Below, one piece after another: positions 8,864-18,616 of a stretch of DNA of 64,000 nucleotides (the first letter of the stretch is position 1; every line of letters begins with the position of its first letter). The DNA is taken from NCBI GenBank assembly GCA_003136555.1, contig PLEW01000056.1, positions 25,716-89,715 of the forward strand, in the 5' to 3' direction. Under the pieces are notes generated by a model. That model worked only from the letters and a program-made list of their open reading frames with translations. It made no database searches and had not been told where the DNA came from. Position numbers and translations under genes: made by a program. This stretch comes from Planctomycetota bacterium. GTDB lineage: Bacteria > Planctomycetota > UBA11346.

Positions 8864-11800
8864 TCACTTGACTCCCAGGGACGGTTGCTGGCGCGACATC
8901 CAGAGGGTGAACAGGGCCGGATAGACCGTCAATTCACCGATTACCGAGGTGATGATGCCGCCAAGCATCGGCGCGGCGATGCGCTTCATCACCTCGCCCC
9001 CGCTGTCGTCACCCCACATCGCCGGGAGGAGGCCGCCGATCAGGCATAGGGCGGTCATCGCTTTCGGACGCAGGCGCCGCGCGGCGCCTTCCAGGATGGC
9101 CTCGTCGCGTCCTGAGGGCTGTACCAACCGGCCCTCGGCCTGGGCCTGTCGCCACGAGAGCTGGAGATAGAGCAGCATTACCACCCCGGTCTCGGCATCG
9201 ATGCCGGCCAAGGCGATCAGACCGACGGCGACGGCAACACTCAGCTTCATGTGCAGCAGCCAGAGCAGCCAAAAGGCGCCGATCAGCGAGAACGGGATGG
9301 CGAACAGCACCATGGCCGTCTGCACCAGCGAACCGGTGTTCAGGTAGAGCAGCAGGACGATGATGGCCACGGTGATGGGGATGATCACCTCCAGCCTGGT
9401 CAAGGCGCGGAGGAAATACCGATACTGCCCCACCCATTCAATGTGAACACCGCTCCCGAGGACAACGGCGTCGGCCACCACCCGCCTGGCGAGGTCGACG
9501 TAGTCCGGAATGCCGATGCCCTGGACGTCGGCATCGACCAGGGCCAGCGGTTCGCAGCCGTCGCTGGCGATCTCGATGCTGCCGGTGGTGAAGCTGATGT
9601 CAGCGACCTCTCCGAGCGGCACCTGGGCACCATTCGGGGCGATCACCGGCAGGCGCGCCAACGCCTGCGGGTCTTCGCGGAAGGTGCGTTCGTAGCGCAG
9701 GGCGATGGGGAAGCGTTCACGGCCGTTGATGACCTCGCCCAGCGCGGCACCGCCGATGGCGCTTTCGATCACCAGGTTGAGATCATCGGTGTTGAGCCCA
9801 TAGCGGGATGCCACCGCGCGTTTGATGGCGATCTCGCAGAAGAACCCGCCGTTATGCCGCTCTGCCACCACACTGCGGGTGTAGGGGGAGGTGCGCGGAT
9901 CGCTCGACAGCGCCTGCTCGATGGCGATCGCGGAGGCTTCCAGCCCCTTGGCGTTGCCACCGTGCAGGGCGATGCCCAGGGGGCTGCGGATGCCGGTGGT
10001 GAGCATCTCGGTACGGGTCTGGATCGGCATCCACCACAGATTGGGCATGCCAGGGTAGCGCAGCTTGGCGTCCATCTCGGCCAGGAGACCATCCCAGGTC
10101 AGACCGGGGCGCCAGAGCGAGCGCGGCTTGAGCATCACCACCGTCTCCGCCATGTTCAGCGGTGCGGGATCGGTGGCGGTCGAGGCCGAACCCATCTTGC
10201 CGAAGACCGAGGCCACCTCGGGGAAGCTGCGCAGCTCATGGTCCATGCGCTGCAGGATGCCCAAGGCAGCAGTGGGCGAGATACCCGGGGGGCTGGCTGG
10301 CATGTAGAGGATGGTGCCTTCGTTGAGTGGCGGCATGAATTCGCACTCCAGCACGGAGATCACCGGCAGCGACGCGGCGAGCGCCAGGAGTGCCCCGGCG
10401 ATCACCTGCTTCGGCCGGCGCACCGCCAGGCGCGCCACCGGTAGATAAATCCAGGTAAGCAGATGCATGATCGGATTGTCGCCCTCGCCCCGCAGGCGAC
10501 CACGCAGCAGCAGGACGGTCAAGGCCGGAATCAGGGTCACCGCCAGGATCGCCGACCAGGCCATGCACGAGGTCTTGGTCCAGGCCAGCGGGCGGAACAG
10601 CCGTCCCTCCATGCCTTCGAGGGTGAAGACCGGCAGGAACGACACCGCGATCACCAGCAACGCGAAGACGATCGTCGGCCCGACTTCCTGCAGGGCCGCG
10701 ATCACCAGCGCGGTGCGATCGCTCCCGTTCGCGGATCTCGCGACGCGGTAATGGACATTGTCGATCATGATGATCGAGGCGTCTACCATCACCCCGACCG
10801 CCATCGCGATGCCTGAGAGCGACAGGATGTTTGCACCGAGACCCTGCATGTGCATGGGGATGATGGCGGCAAGCAGGGCGATCGGCATCGCCAAGAGCGG
10901 GATCAGTGCTGATCGGAGGTGGAGTACGAAGAGCAGGATCACCAGCGCCACCATCGTCATCTCTTCGATCAGCACCCGCCGCATCGAGTCCAGTGCCCCG
11001 ATGATCAGCGGCGTGCGATCGTAGGTGGTAACCACCACGACGCCGGTTGGCAGCGTCGCGCGCAGCTCGGCCAGGCGCTGTTTGATGCCTGCGATCACCG
11101 AGAGGGCATTCTGGCCATAGCGCATCACCACCACCCCGCCCACCACCTCGCCATCGCCATCGAGCTCGGCTATGCTTCGGCTGTCATCGCGGCCGACGAC
11201 CACCCTGGCGACGTCCTTGACCAGCACGGGCACCCCGCCGCTGCCGATCGCGAGGGGGATGCGCTCAAGATCAGCGGCGGTGGTGATCCGGCCTCGTCCG
11301 CGGATGATCTGCTCGTGTCCAGCGGTCTCGATGACGCGGCCGCCGACATCGTCGTTGCCATGCCGCACCGCGCCCGCGACCAGGGACAGCGGCAGATGGT
11401 ACTCGGCCAGCCGCAGCGGATCGACGATCACCTGGTACTGCCTCAAAGCCCCGCCGATGGTGGCGACCTCGGCCACCCCCGGTACCGAACCGAGGGCATA
11501 GCGCAGGGTGAACTCCTGGAGTGCGCTGAGGTCGCTGAGGTCATGCCGGCCGCTGCGATCGATCAGGGCATATTGGAACACCCACCCGGCGCTGGTGGCA
11601 TCAGGGCCGAGGGTCGGGGTGACGCCGGCAGGCAGGCGGGCGGCAATCCCGGTCAGTCCTTCCACCACCCGGCTGCGCGCCCAGTAGGGGTCGGTGCCCT
11701 CGGCGAACACCACGGTGATCAGCGACTGATCGGGAAAGCTCTGACCGCGCACCCGGATCACCTGGGGCGCGGAGACCAACGCCGCGCACAGCGGGGTGGT

Positions 11801-12028
11801 GACCTGGTCCTCGATGAGATCGGGGCTGTGCCCGTTCCAGGTGGTGGCAATCAGCACCTGGGTATCGGCAAGTTCGGGAAGGGCGTCGAGCGGCAGGTGC
11901 CGCGCCTGCTGGATCCCGACCGCGGCCAAGCCGAGGGCGCACGCGATGACGAATGCTGGATGGCGTGCGCACCAGGCGATCAGCGGGCCGATGATCCCGG
12001 ATGTCACGTCCCGGGGAGCACTCACCAC
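8864..12028 (-). CDS. cusA: CusA/CzcA-family heavy-metal efflux RND permease
   Basis: 1054 aa. Long colinear similarity to E. coli CusA as I recall it: EGTDPYWARSRV, LGPDATSAGWVFQYALIDRSGRHDLSDL, YQVIVDPLRLAEY. Confidence 0.9.
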   Translation of the reverse strand: MVSAPRDVTSGIIGPLIAWCARHPAFVIACALGLAAVGIQQARHLPLDALPELADTQVLIATTWNGHSPDLIEDQVTTPLCAALVSAPQVIRVRGQSFPDQSLITVVFAEGTDPYWARSRVVEGLTGIAARLPAGVTPTLGPDATSAGWVFQYALIDRSGRHDLSDLSALQEFTLRYALGSVPGVAEVATIGGALRQYQVIVDPLRLAEYHLPLSLVAGAVRHGNDDVGGRVIETAGHEQIIRGRGRITTAADLERIPLAIGSGGVPVLVKDVARVVVGRDDSRSIAELDGDGEVVGGVVVMRYGQNALSVIAGIKQRLAELRATLPTGVVVVTTYDRTPLIIGALDSMRRVLIEEMTMVALVILLFVLHLRSALIPLLAMPIALLAAIIPMHMQGLGANILSLSGIAMAVGVMVDASIIMIDNVHYRVARSANGSDRTALVIAALQEVGPTIVFALLVIAVSFLPVFTLEGMEGRLFRPLAWTKTSCMAWSAILAVTLIPALTVLLLRGRLRGEGDNPIMHLLTWIYLPVARLAVRRPKQVIAGALLALAASLPVISVLECEFMPPLNEGTILYMPASPPGISPTAALGILQRMDHELRSFPEVASVFGKMGSASTATDPAPLNMAETVVMLKPRSLWRPGLTWDGLLAEMDAKLRYPGMPNLWWMPIQTRTEMLTTGIRSPLGIALHGGNAKGLEASAIAIEQALSSDPRTSPYTRSVVAERHNGGFFCEIAIKRAVASRYGLNTDDLNLVIESAIGGAALGEVINGRERFPIALRYERTFREDPQALARLPVIAPNGAQVPLGEVADISFTTGSIEIASDGCEPLALVDADVQGIGIPDYVDLARRVVADAVVLGSGVHIEWVGQYRYFLRALTRLEVIIPITVAIIVLLLYLNTGSLVQTAMVLFAIPFSLIGAFWLLWLLHMKLSVAVAVGLIALAGIDAETGVVMLLYLQLSWRQAQAEGRLVQPSGRDEAILEGAARRLRPKAMTALCLIGGLLPAMWGDDSGGEVMKRIAAPMLGGIITSVIGELTVYPALFTLWMSRQQPSLGVK

Positions 12029-13227
12029 TGCTCTAGCCCCGAAGCGAGGCGGCTTTCCGAGGCGAGCAGGAATACCCCTTTGGACACCACCTGATCGCCC
12101 GCCTGGAGACCCTCGGTGACCTCGATCCAGTCATCGCCCCGGCGGCCCACGGTGACGCGAGTCGGCCGGTAGTGGCCGCCACCGATGGCAACGAAGGCGA
12201 TGCGCTTCTCGCCAGCGTAGATGACTGCACCATCGGGGACGGTGAGCACCTGACCGAGGGGGACGCTGACCGTGCATTCCATGAGCATCCCGATGCGGAG
12301 CCGGCCCTGTGGATTGGGCAGTTGCGCCCGGATGTGTCCGCTACGAGTCGCCGGGTCGAATTCCGGGAGCACGGTGGTGATCGGTGCCTCGAGCACCAGG
12401 GACGGATCATCTCCCGCTCGCACTGAGAGCAGCTGACCGGGCGCCAGTAGGGTGAGGTCCTGGGCGTAGACCGAGGCTTCGAGCCAGACCGTCGACAGGT
12501 CGGCCAGCTGCATCGCCACGCCACCGCTTTCGATGCGTGCTCCGGGCACCACCGTGCGCTCGATGATGGTGCCGTCCGCCGGCGCACGGATGATCAGCTG
12601 GTCGATCAGCTGTGGATGCTGCTCGAAGGCGGCGAGCTGATCTTCGGGCATGCCCAGGCGCATCAGCTTGGTACGAGAGAGCGCGATCAGCGAATCGGCG
12701 CTGCCGATGTCAGCACCAGCGCCTGACCGTGCGCTCCAAGCGCTGAGGTAGTCAGTCTGGGCGGCGACCAATTCCGGACTGTAGATCGAGAACAGCGCAT
12801 CGCCGGCATGCACCGTCGAACCCGGGACATTGCCATAGACCGACTTGACCCATCCGCCGAAACGGGGGGCGATGGTGGTGCGGCGGGTCTCATCATAGGT
12901 GATGAGAGCGGGGGCGCGGATCATCAGCGTCCGCGCTCCACGCTCCACAGCCTGCGTGCACACGCCGATCGTCTGCCGTCGTTTGTCGTCGATATACACC
13001 AGCCCCTTACTCGAGGTGCCGATGGGGCTGAGGGGCATGCCGCAGATAGGGCAGATGCCTGCCGACTGGGCATGGATGCTGGGATGCATGGGGCAGACGA
13101 AGCGTGCCGAGGAGGGATCTGCGTCCGATATGGTCGCCGGAGCAGCAGCCGGAGTCAGCAGGCGGTGCACGCCAAGGGCGGTGCAGCACAGCACCAGCAC
13201 CAGGACCATGTAGGACAGGAATCGCAT
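12022..13227 (-). CDS. cusB: RND periplasmic adaptor (CusB-like) with N-terminal heavy-metal-binding domain
   Basis: Motif FVCPMHPSIHAQSAGICPICGMPL (CPxH...CPxCGM metal-binding domain) is followed by a membrane-fusion-protein barrel/lipoyl region. The gene overlaps cusA by 7 nt. Confidence 0.85.
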   Translation of the reverse strand: MRFLSYMVLVLVLCCTALGVHRLLTPAAAPATISDADPSSARFVCPMHPSIHAQSAGICPICGMPLSPIGTSSKGLVYIDDKRRQTIGVCTQAVERGARTLMIRAPALITYDETRRTTIAPRFGGWVKSVYGNVPGSTVHAGDALFSIYSPELVAAQTDYLSAWSARSGAGADIGSADSLIALSRTKLMRLGMPEDQLAAFEQHPQLIDQLIIRAPADGTIIERTVVPGARIESGGVAMQLADLSTVWLEASVYAQDLTLLAPGQLLSVRAGDDPSLVLEAPITTVLPEFDPATRSGHIRAQLPNPQGRLRIGMLMECTVSVPLGQVLTVPDGAVIYAGEKRIAFVAIGGGHYRPTRVTVGRRGDDWIEVTEGLQAGDQVVSKGVFLLASESRLASGLEQW

Positions 13228-14411
13228 TACGGGCCTCGCTGAACATTCGGGGTAATGATCAACCAGCCACGCCAGACAAAGGCATCACGCTGGGTGGAGG
13301 CTTCGCGCTGCTCGAGAGCGAGCAGCGCGCGCTGAGCCAGTACGACGTTGCTCAGCGGTGTTGAGCCACTAGCGAAGCCGCTGCGGGCGAGGTCGGCCAT
13401 GCGATGCAGGGCCTTACCCTGATGTCCGAGCAATGTCAGGGTGCTGGCGCACTCATCGATATGGACCCATGCAGCAAGCACCTCCCGCTGGCTGCTGAGC
13501 TCGGCGGCTCGCTGCTCCTCGCTGCGCTCCGCCGCCAGGGCACGCCATTGCGCGATCACAGCCGCCCTGTTTTCTGGCGGGATCTCCCGTGGTGGGAAGC
13601 CGGACATCTCCTCGCCCGGAACCATCCCCATATCCTGGGGATAGAAGCTGCGCTCGGCGAGGGTGAGATTGGCCTCGGCCTCGAGGCGATGGGCGCGGGC
13701 GATCTGTACCATCGGCGCTTCGTTGGCCCAGACACTGATGGCGCTTGGAGACGGCAACGGCGCGTCATCCGGCAGCGGATCACGGGCGGGCGGTACGGGA
13801 TCGCCACAGGCGCGTCCAAGCAGGGTGTTCAGGGCCAGGGCATGCACATGCTGCTCCCGCTCAGCCGCGAGGACATCGCGATCAAGTTCGTCGAGCATCA
13901 CCTGGGCGTCGATCACCGCCCGCACATCGCCGCCATTGCTAGCCGCTGCAGTGGTAGTGTCCACTAGGCTGCTTATCAGGGCACGCGCTGCCTGGTCGAT
14001 GGCGAGCGTTCGTTGTGTGAGCCAATAATTGGCAAAGTGGTCGCGCGCTGCGAGCAGTTGCGCTCGCTCGCTCTCGGCACGATGAGCCCGCGCCGCGTAG
14101 ACGCCCGCTTGCGAACTGCCGGTACCGGTCAGGCGATGATAGGCGAGAGCGGCATCGAGCATGGCACGGCTCGCGGCGATGGAGGGATTGCCGGCGATCA
14201 CCGCATCGGCGACCGCTGGCCAATCCAGAAGCACATGGCCGGCCAATGGATCGACGTGGGGCACTGCGACAGCGGTGACCGTGGGGGGTGCCGGGGATGA
14301 GGATGCCGTGGCAGCGGCATCCCGCTCGCCGCACCCGGTCAGCAGTGCCGTGAGGCCCAGTACGGAAGCGGTACAGGCACAGCGTCTGAGCGTGCGATGC
14401 GAGACGAGCAT
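13227..14411 (-). CDS. Outer-membrane efflux factor (TolC/CusC-like lipoprotein)
   Basis: Track ORF 13227..14516. I trimmed the start to ATG 14411 (MLVSHRTLRRCACTASVLGLTALLTGC lipobox). The protein is a helical, Ala/Leu-rich repeat type. TAATG shows a 1-nt overlap with cusB. Confidence 0.7.
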   Translation of the reverse strand: MLVSHRTLRRCACTASVLGLTALLTGCGERDAAATASSSPAPPTVTAVAVPHVDPLAGHVLLDWPAVADAVIAGNPSIAASRAMLDAALAYHRLTGTGSSQAGVYAARAHRAESERAQLLAARDHFANYWLTQRTLAIDQAARALISSLVDTTTAAASNGGDVRAVIDAQVMLDELDRDVLAAEREQHVHALALNTLLGRACGDPVPPARDPLPDDAPLPSPSAISVWANEAPMVQIARAHRLEAEANLTLAERSFYPQDMGMVPGEEMSGFPPREIPPENRAAVIAQWRALAAERSEEQRAAELSSQREVLAAWVHIDECASTLTLLGHQGKALHRMADLARSGFASGSTPLSNVVLAQRALLALEQREASTQRDAFVWRGWLIITPNVQRGP

Positions 14412-14634
14412 GAAACGACGGTCCTCCGCCACCATGACCGGTGAGACCAAGTCTACCACAATTTGTGGGCCTGCAGTGGCGCAATCACCTTTGATGGGGT
14501 CGGCTATGGGCACCATGCCCGTCGGTGTCTCTGGCGTCCCGCCGCGAGGAAGGTGTACAGGCAGGGGTTATGCAGATAGGGGGCTGGCCCCGGCATCGAC
14601 CCGGGGCACGGCGCCGCTGCGCCACCCGATCCGG

Positions 14635-16176
14635 TCAGGCGGTGAGTGCTGGCCTTGCGACCGTGGCTGGTCCCGACCGCAAGCCAGGTGCGGATGAAGC
14701 GCCATTGATGAGGCCGTCGAGGATCGAGACCGCAGTCCGCACCTCGGCTGCCTGCAGGGTGAGCTGAGTACTGGCCTCAAGCGAACGTTGAGCATTGGCG
14801 GCATTGTTCTGGGTGACGCCATCGATGGCGCCGATCGCCTTGGTGATCTGGTCCAGGCCATCGGCTTCTTCACGGCTGGCGGAGGCGATGTCGCGCATCA
14901 GCGCGCTGACCCCGTTAGCGGTCTTGGCCAGGGCGGCGAAGCGGGAGATCAGTTCCGAACCAACGCTGCGGCTGAGGTGGTCCTTGAGCTGGGATGCGGA
15001 CTTGTGGATGCGCTCGGCACTGGCGCGCGAGGAGGTCATCAGCTGGGAGGTGCGCCTGACCTCCTCCGCACTGCGCTGGGCGAGTGCGCGCACCTCGTCT
15101 GCGACCAAGGCGAATCCGGCGCCGTTCTCGCCGGCGCGAGCCGCCTCAACCGCCGCATTCAGCGCCAGCAGATTGGTCTGGAAGGCGATATCATCGATGG
15201 TTTCGACGATCGCGCCGAGTTCATTGGTCGATTGGTTGATCTCGCGGATGGCGGCATCGAGATCGCTGAGATGTTGCGACATCTCGGCAGCCGTGCTGCG
15301 GGATGCCGCCTCGCCGGCGGCCGCTTCGCTGCTGGCCTCTTCGCTGAGCTTGCCGGCCTGCTGCACATGCTCTGAGTTGCTGCGGCTCATGGTTGCGATC
15401 TCGGTCATGCTGGCGCTGGTCTGCTCGACGCTCGCGGCCTGGCTGGCGGAGCCGTTGGAGAGCTCGGAGGCGATATGCTCAAGGCCATCGCTGGCACTAT
15501 GCGTTCCCTGTGCCGCTTCACGCAGGGCGGCAATAACGGGGAGGAAGGGACGCGGAATCAGCCAGGCGATCAGCACGGCCCAGATGATCAGCGCCAGCGC
15601 TGAGAGCGGGGTCGCGACCAGCAGCAGCCGGTGAAAATGCTGGACGGCAGTGCTGTTATCGAGGTAGATGGCCGCGCAGCGCTGCTCGATGATCTCGCGC
15701 GGCTTGGTCAGCAGCGGATTCAGATCGCTGAACATCTTATTGAGCGCCGGCATGCGCTGCTCCGCCTCTTCGAACTTCACCACCGCCAGCTCGACCATGT
15801 GGGTGGCGAACTGGGCATACTCCTTGACCGGCTTCTCTGCCGCCGCCAGCGCTGCATGGGTATCCGGATCGACGTCGAGGGTCATGAGCTTTTCAATGTC
15901 GCCAATCATGGTCTCGGAGTGGCGCTGCGATTCGATCTTCAGTTTAGGCAGGTCATTGTGGTCGCCGAGCTGTCCCTGAAGTACATCCGCATGCAGCGCA
16001 TCATGCATCATGGCCACCTGCATCACCTGGCCCATGGCGGTGGCATAGAGATTGGTGCGGCTGCTGCGCTCAGCTGCCTGCTCGACTTGCGTGAGCCCGA
16101 GCACGCCCAGTGCCGCCAGCAGTGCGACGCCGGCGATGGCGACGGTGAGGACCTTGGTGCGGACAGATAGATTCAT
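14635..16176 (-). CDS. Methyl-accepting chemotaxis protein (four-helix-bundle sensor)
   Basis: Signalling hairpin [33 protein letters not shown]. The start is taken at ATG 16176 ([23 protein letters not shown]), directly before TM1. Confidence 0.9.
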   Translation of the reverse strand: MNLSVRTKVLTVAIAGVALLAALGVLGLTQVEQAAERSSRTNLYATAMGQVMQVAMMHDALHADVLQGQLGDHNDLPKLKIESQRHSETMIGDIEKLMTLDVDPDTHAALAAAEKPVKEYAQFATHMVELAVVKFEEAEQRMPALNKMFSDLNPLLTKPREIIEQRCAAIYLDNSTAVQHFHRLLLVATPLSALALIIWAVLIAWLIPRPFLPVIAALREAAQGTHSASDGLEHIASELSNGSASQAASVEQTSASMTEIATMSRSNSEHVQQAGKLSEEASSEAAAGEAASRSTAAEMSQHLSDLDAAIREINQSTNELGAIVETIDDIAFQTNLLALNAAVEAARAGENGAGFALVADEVRALAQRSAEEVRRTSQLMTSSRASAERIHKSASQLKDHLSRSVGSELISRFAALAKTANGVSALMRDIASASREEADGLDQITKAIGAIDGVTQNNAANAQRSLEASTQLTLQAAEVRTAVSILDGLINGASSAPGLRSGPATVARPALTA

Positions 16177-16352
16177 GGCCTTCCTTTGCGCGAGTCGCCG
16201 GGTCGACATGACGATCCACGTCACTATACCACACAAATGGCGACTGCAGTGAGGCCTGGTGGAAGCCCCGATGGTCCGTGGTCACGTCGGCATGTAAGTG
16301 CATAAAACAATATCTAAAGGGATCGTAATGTATCTTTCTTTAGATGATTGCA

Positions 16353-16374
16353 CCGGTGCCTGCACATGCACCGG
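16353..16374 (-). terminator. Hairpin 9 nt after the cheB::HPt stop (possible operon terminator, no clear U-tract)
   Basis: CCGGTGC-N8-GCACCGG is an exact 7-bp stem. It is followed on the minus strand by an A/T-rich stretch but not by a canonical T run. Confidence 0.3.
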
Positions 16375-16382
16375 CCAGAGGC

Positions 16383-17810
16383 TCAGGGGGTCGACCGCCA
16401 GGTGGAGCGCAGCGCCGCGCAGGTGGCATCCGCGGTGGACCGCACCGTGGGGAGCAGCCGCTGGGCTTCGGCCCCGTTCCCGCTGCGTGCCAGGCGTTCG
16501 AGGCGATCGAGCTCGCATGAGAGGGCCAAGGCCCCGACCGTGCTTGCTGCTCCTTTCAGAGCATGCGCAATCGAGCGCAGCATCTGCACGTCTCCGCCCG
16601 CGGTGGCCAGCCGTGCCAGCTGATCGGGCAGCGAGCCGAGGAACAAGTCGATGGCTGAGGCGCCGTCGCGCCCCAGGTCGCGCAGATTCCTGGTGGTATC
16701 GGGATCGACGAGGGGCGAGCGGTGTGATTCCGGCGGCAGGACCTCGACGCGCAGGGGGGTACGCGTACGGACGCTGGCGTAGCGGGCCGAAGGGGTGCCG
16801 CGCTGCTCGGCGATGGCGAGCACGCGGGCGGCGATGCGGTCGAGCGGCAGGATCTCATCGACGGCACCGGCCGCCACCGCTTCCCGTGGCATACCGTAAA
16901 CCACGCAGCTGGCCTCATCCTGGGCGATGGTCATAGCGCCAGCGTCATGCATGAGCTTCATCGCCTCGGCACCATCCCGGCCCATGCCGGTGAGCATGAC
17001 ACCGATGGCCTTGCTGCCGACGACCCGTGCGACCGAGCGGAAGAGCACATCGATGGCCGGCTTATGCTGGCCGACCCGTGGACCGTCGGACAGCTGGATG
17101 CGGTAGCCGGTTGCTGCTGGTACGATTTCCATATGGCGGTCGCCCGGTGCGATCAGCACGCGCCCCACTGCGACAGCGTCGCCGTCCTCCGCTTCGCCCA
17201 CATCCATCGCGCAGAGTCCGGCAAGCCGCTCGGCGAACACGCGGGTGAATCCAGCGGGCATATGCTGGACGATGACCATGCCCGGGGCGTTCTGGGGCAT
17301 GGCGGTGAGAACCGTCTCCAACGCCGCCACGCCACCGGTCGATGCGCCGATCGCCACCACCTGGCTGGTGCTGCGAGTCGGGCTCAGGCGCGCAACCGGC
17401 ACACCGGTGCGGACCTCCACCCGGGAACGGGCGGCGCGTTCGACGGCGGCGCACAGATCGACCGCCATGCGGTGGAGTTCATAGCTCGAATCCGGCTTGC
17501 ACAGCACTTCGACGGCACCGGCAGCCAGCGCGGCTATCGCCTGCTCGCTTCCGGCTGGTGCCAACGAACTCACTACTACGGTTGGTATCGGGCGTACGGC
17601 CATGATCTTGCGCAGGAAGGTGACGCCATCCATGCGAGGCATTTCGATGTCGAGGGTCATGACGTCAGGGGATTCCCGCACCAGGATATCGCGGGCGGCG
17701 AACGGATCGGGTGCGCTTCCGATCACGATGATGCCGGGATGGCGCGACAGCTCGGCGGTCAGGACCTGGCGGATCACCGCCGAATCGTCGACCACCAGGA
17801 CACGGATCAT
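16383..17810 (-). CDS. cheB: CheB methylesterase (REC + esterase) with an extra C-terminal HPt domain
   Basis: N-terminal receiver MIRVLVVDDSAVIRQ...DIEMPRMDG, then a CheB catalytic domain (VVAIGASTGG, IVQHMP, GMGRDG). The last ~100 aa carry the HPt signature SIAHALKGAASTVGALAL. Confidence 0.9.
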   Translation of the reverse strand: MIRVLVVDDSAVIRQVLTAELSRHPGIIVIGSAPDPFAARDILVRESPDVMTLDIEMPRMDGVTFLRKIMAVRPIPTVVVSSLAPAGSEQAIAALAAGAVEVLCKPDSSYELHRMAVDLCAAVERAARSRVEVRTGVPVARLSPTRSTSQVVAIGASTGGVAALETVLTAMPQNAPGMVIVQHMPAGFTRVFAERLAGLCAMDVGEAEDGDAVAVGRVLIAPGDRHMEIVPAATGYRIQLSDGPRVGQHKPAIDVLFRSVARVVGSKAIGVMLTGMGRDGAEAMKLMHDAGAMTIAQDEASCVVYGMPREAVAAGAVDEILPLDRIAARVLAIAEQRGTPSARYASVRTRTPLRVEVLPPESHRSPLVDPDTTRNLRDLGRDGASAIDLFLGSLPDQLARLATAGGDVQMLRSIAHALKGAASTVGALALSCELDRLERLARSGNGAEAQRLLPTVRSTADATCAALRSTWRSTP

Positions 17811-18610
17811 CGGCGATACACCGATGGCCGCACGGTGCTCAGCGGATGATCAAGGCCATAGAGGCTTTCGGCCGCACCGATCAGGAACAGGCCGCCGGGT
17901 CGCAGCAGCGCGAGGCAGGCGCTGACCAGGCGCTGCCGAACGGGCAGGTCGAAATAGATCATGACATTGCGGCAGAAGATGGCATCGAACGGACCGCGCA
18001 TCGGATAGGGCGGCTTGACGAGGTTGAGGCGGTTTGCCGTGACCAGCGCGCGCAGCGATGCATGGATGCGCATGCCATCGCCTTCGCGTGCGAACCAGCG
18101 CGCGAGCATCTTCGGGGGTACCGGGGCGAGCGCCTCCGCGGTGTACGTTCCGGCCCGGCAGGCAGCCAGTGCACGCGTGCTGATGTCGGTGGCAAGGATG
18201 GCGCAGTCGCGGGCGGTGGCGCCATTCTCGGCCAGCAGCATGGCGATGGTATAGGCTTCCATACCGGTGGAGGCAGCCGCCGACCAGATGCGGAACTGTC
18301 GCTGGCCTGAGGACAGGCGTGCTCGGACATCCTCGTCAAGGGCGGCGAAGGCAGCTGGCTCGCGGAAGAAGCTGGTGGTATTGGTGGTGATGGCATCGAG
18401 CAGATGCATCAACTCCTCCCCCTGCTTATCGGCCTTGACCAGGTCAAGATAGGCGCGCACCGTGGTGGTCTGGGTGGCACGCAGGCGCTTGGCGATGCGA
18501 CTCGAGACCATCGACTGCCGGGATGGACCCAGGGCGATCCCGATGCGGTCATACACCAGCTCGCTGAGCGAACGGTAATCAGCGGGGTCGATCATCTCCT
18601 GGATAGTCAT
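17807..18610 (-). CDS. cheR: CheR chemotaxis protein methyltransferase
   Basis: CheR N-terminal helical domain plus SAM-binding fold (FRIWSAAASTGMEAYTIAMLL, IFCRNVMIYF). 4-nt overlap with cheB. Confidence 0.9.
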   Translation of the reverse strand: MTIQEMIDPADYRSLSELVYDRIGIALGPSRQSMVSSRIAKRLRATQTTTVRAYLDLVKADKQGEELMHLLDAITTNTTSFFREPAAFAALDEDVRARLSSGQRQFRIWSAAASTGMEAYTIAMLLAENGATARDCAILATDISTRALAACRAGTYTAEALAPVPPKMLARWFAREGDGMRIHASLRALVTANRLNLVKPPYPMRGPFDAIFCRNVMIYFDLPVRQRLVSACLALLRPGGLFLIGAAESLYGLDHPLSTVRPSVYRR

Positions 18611-18616
18611 GGGATA

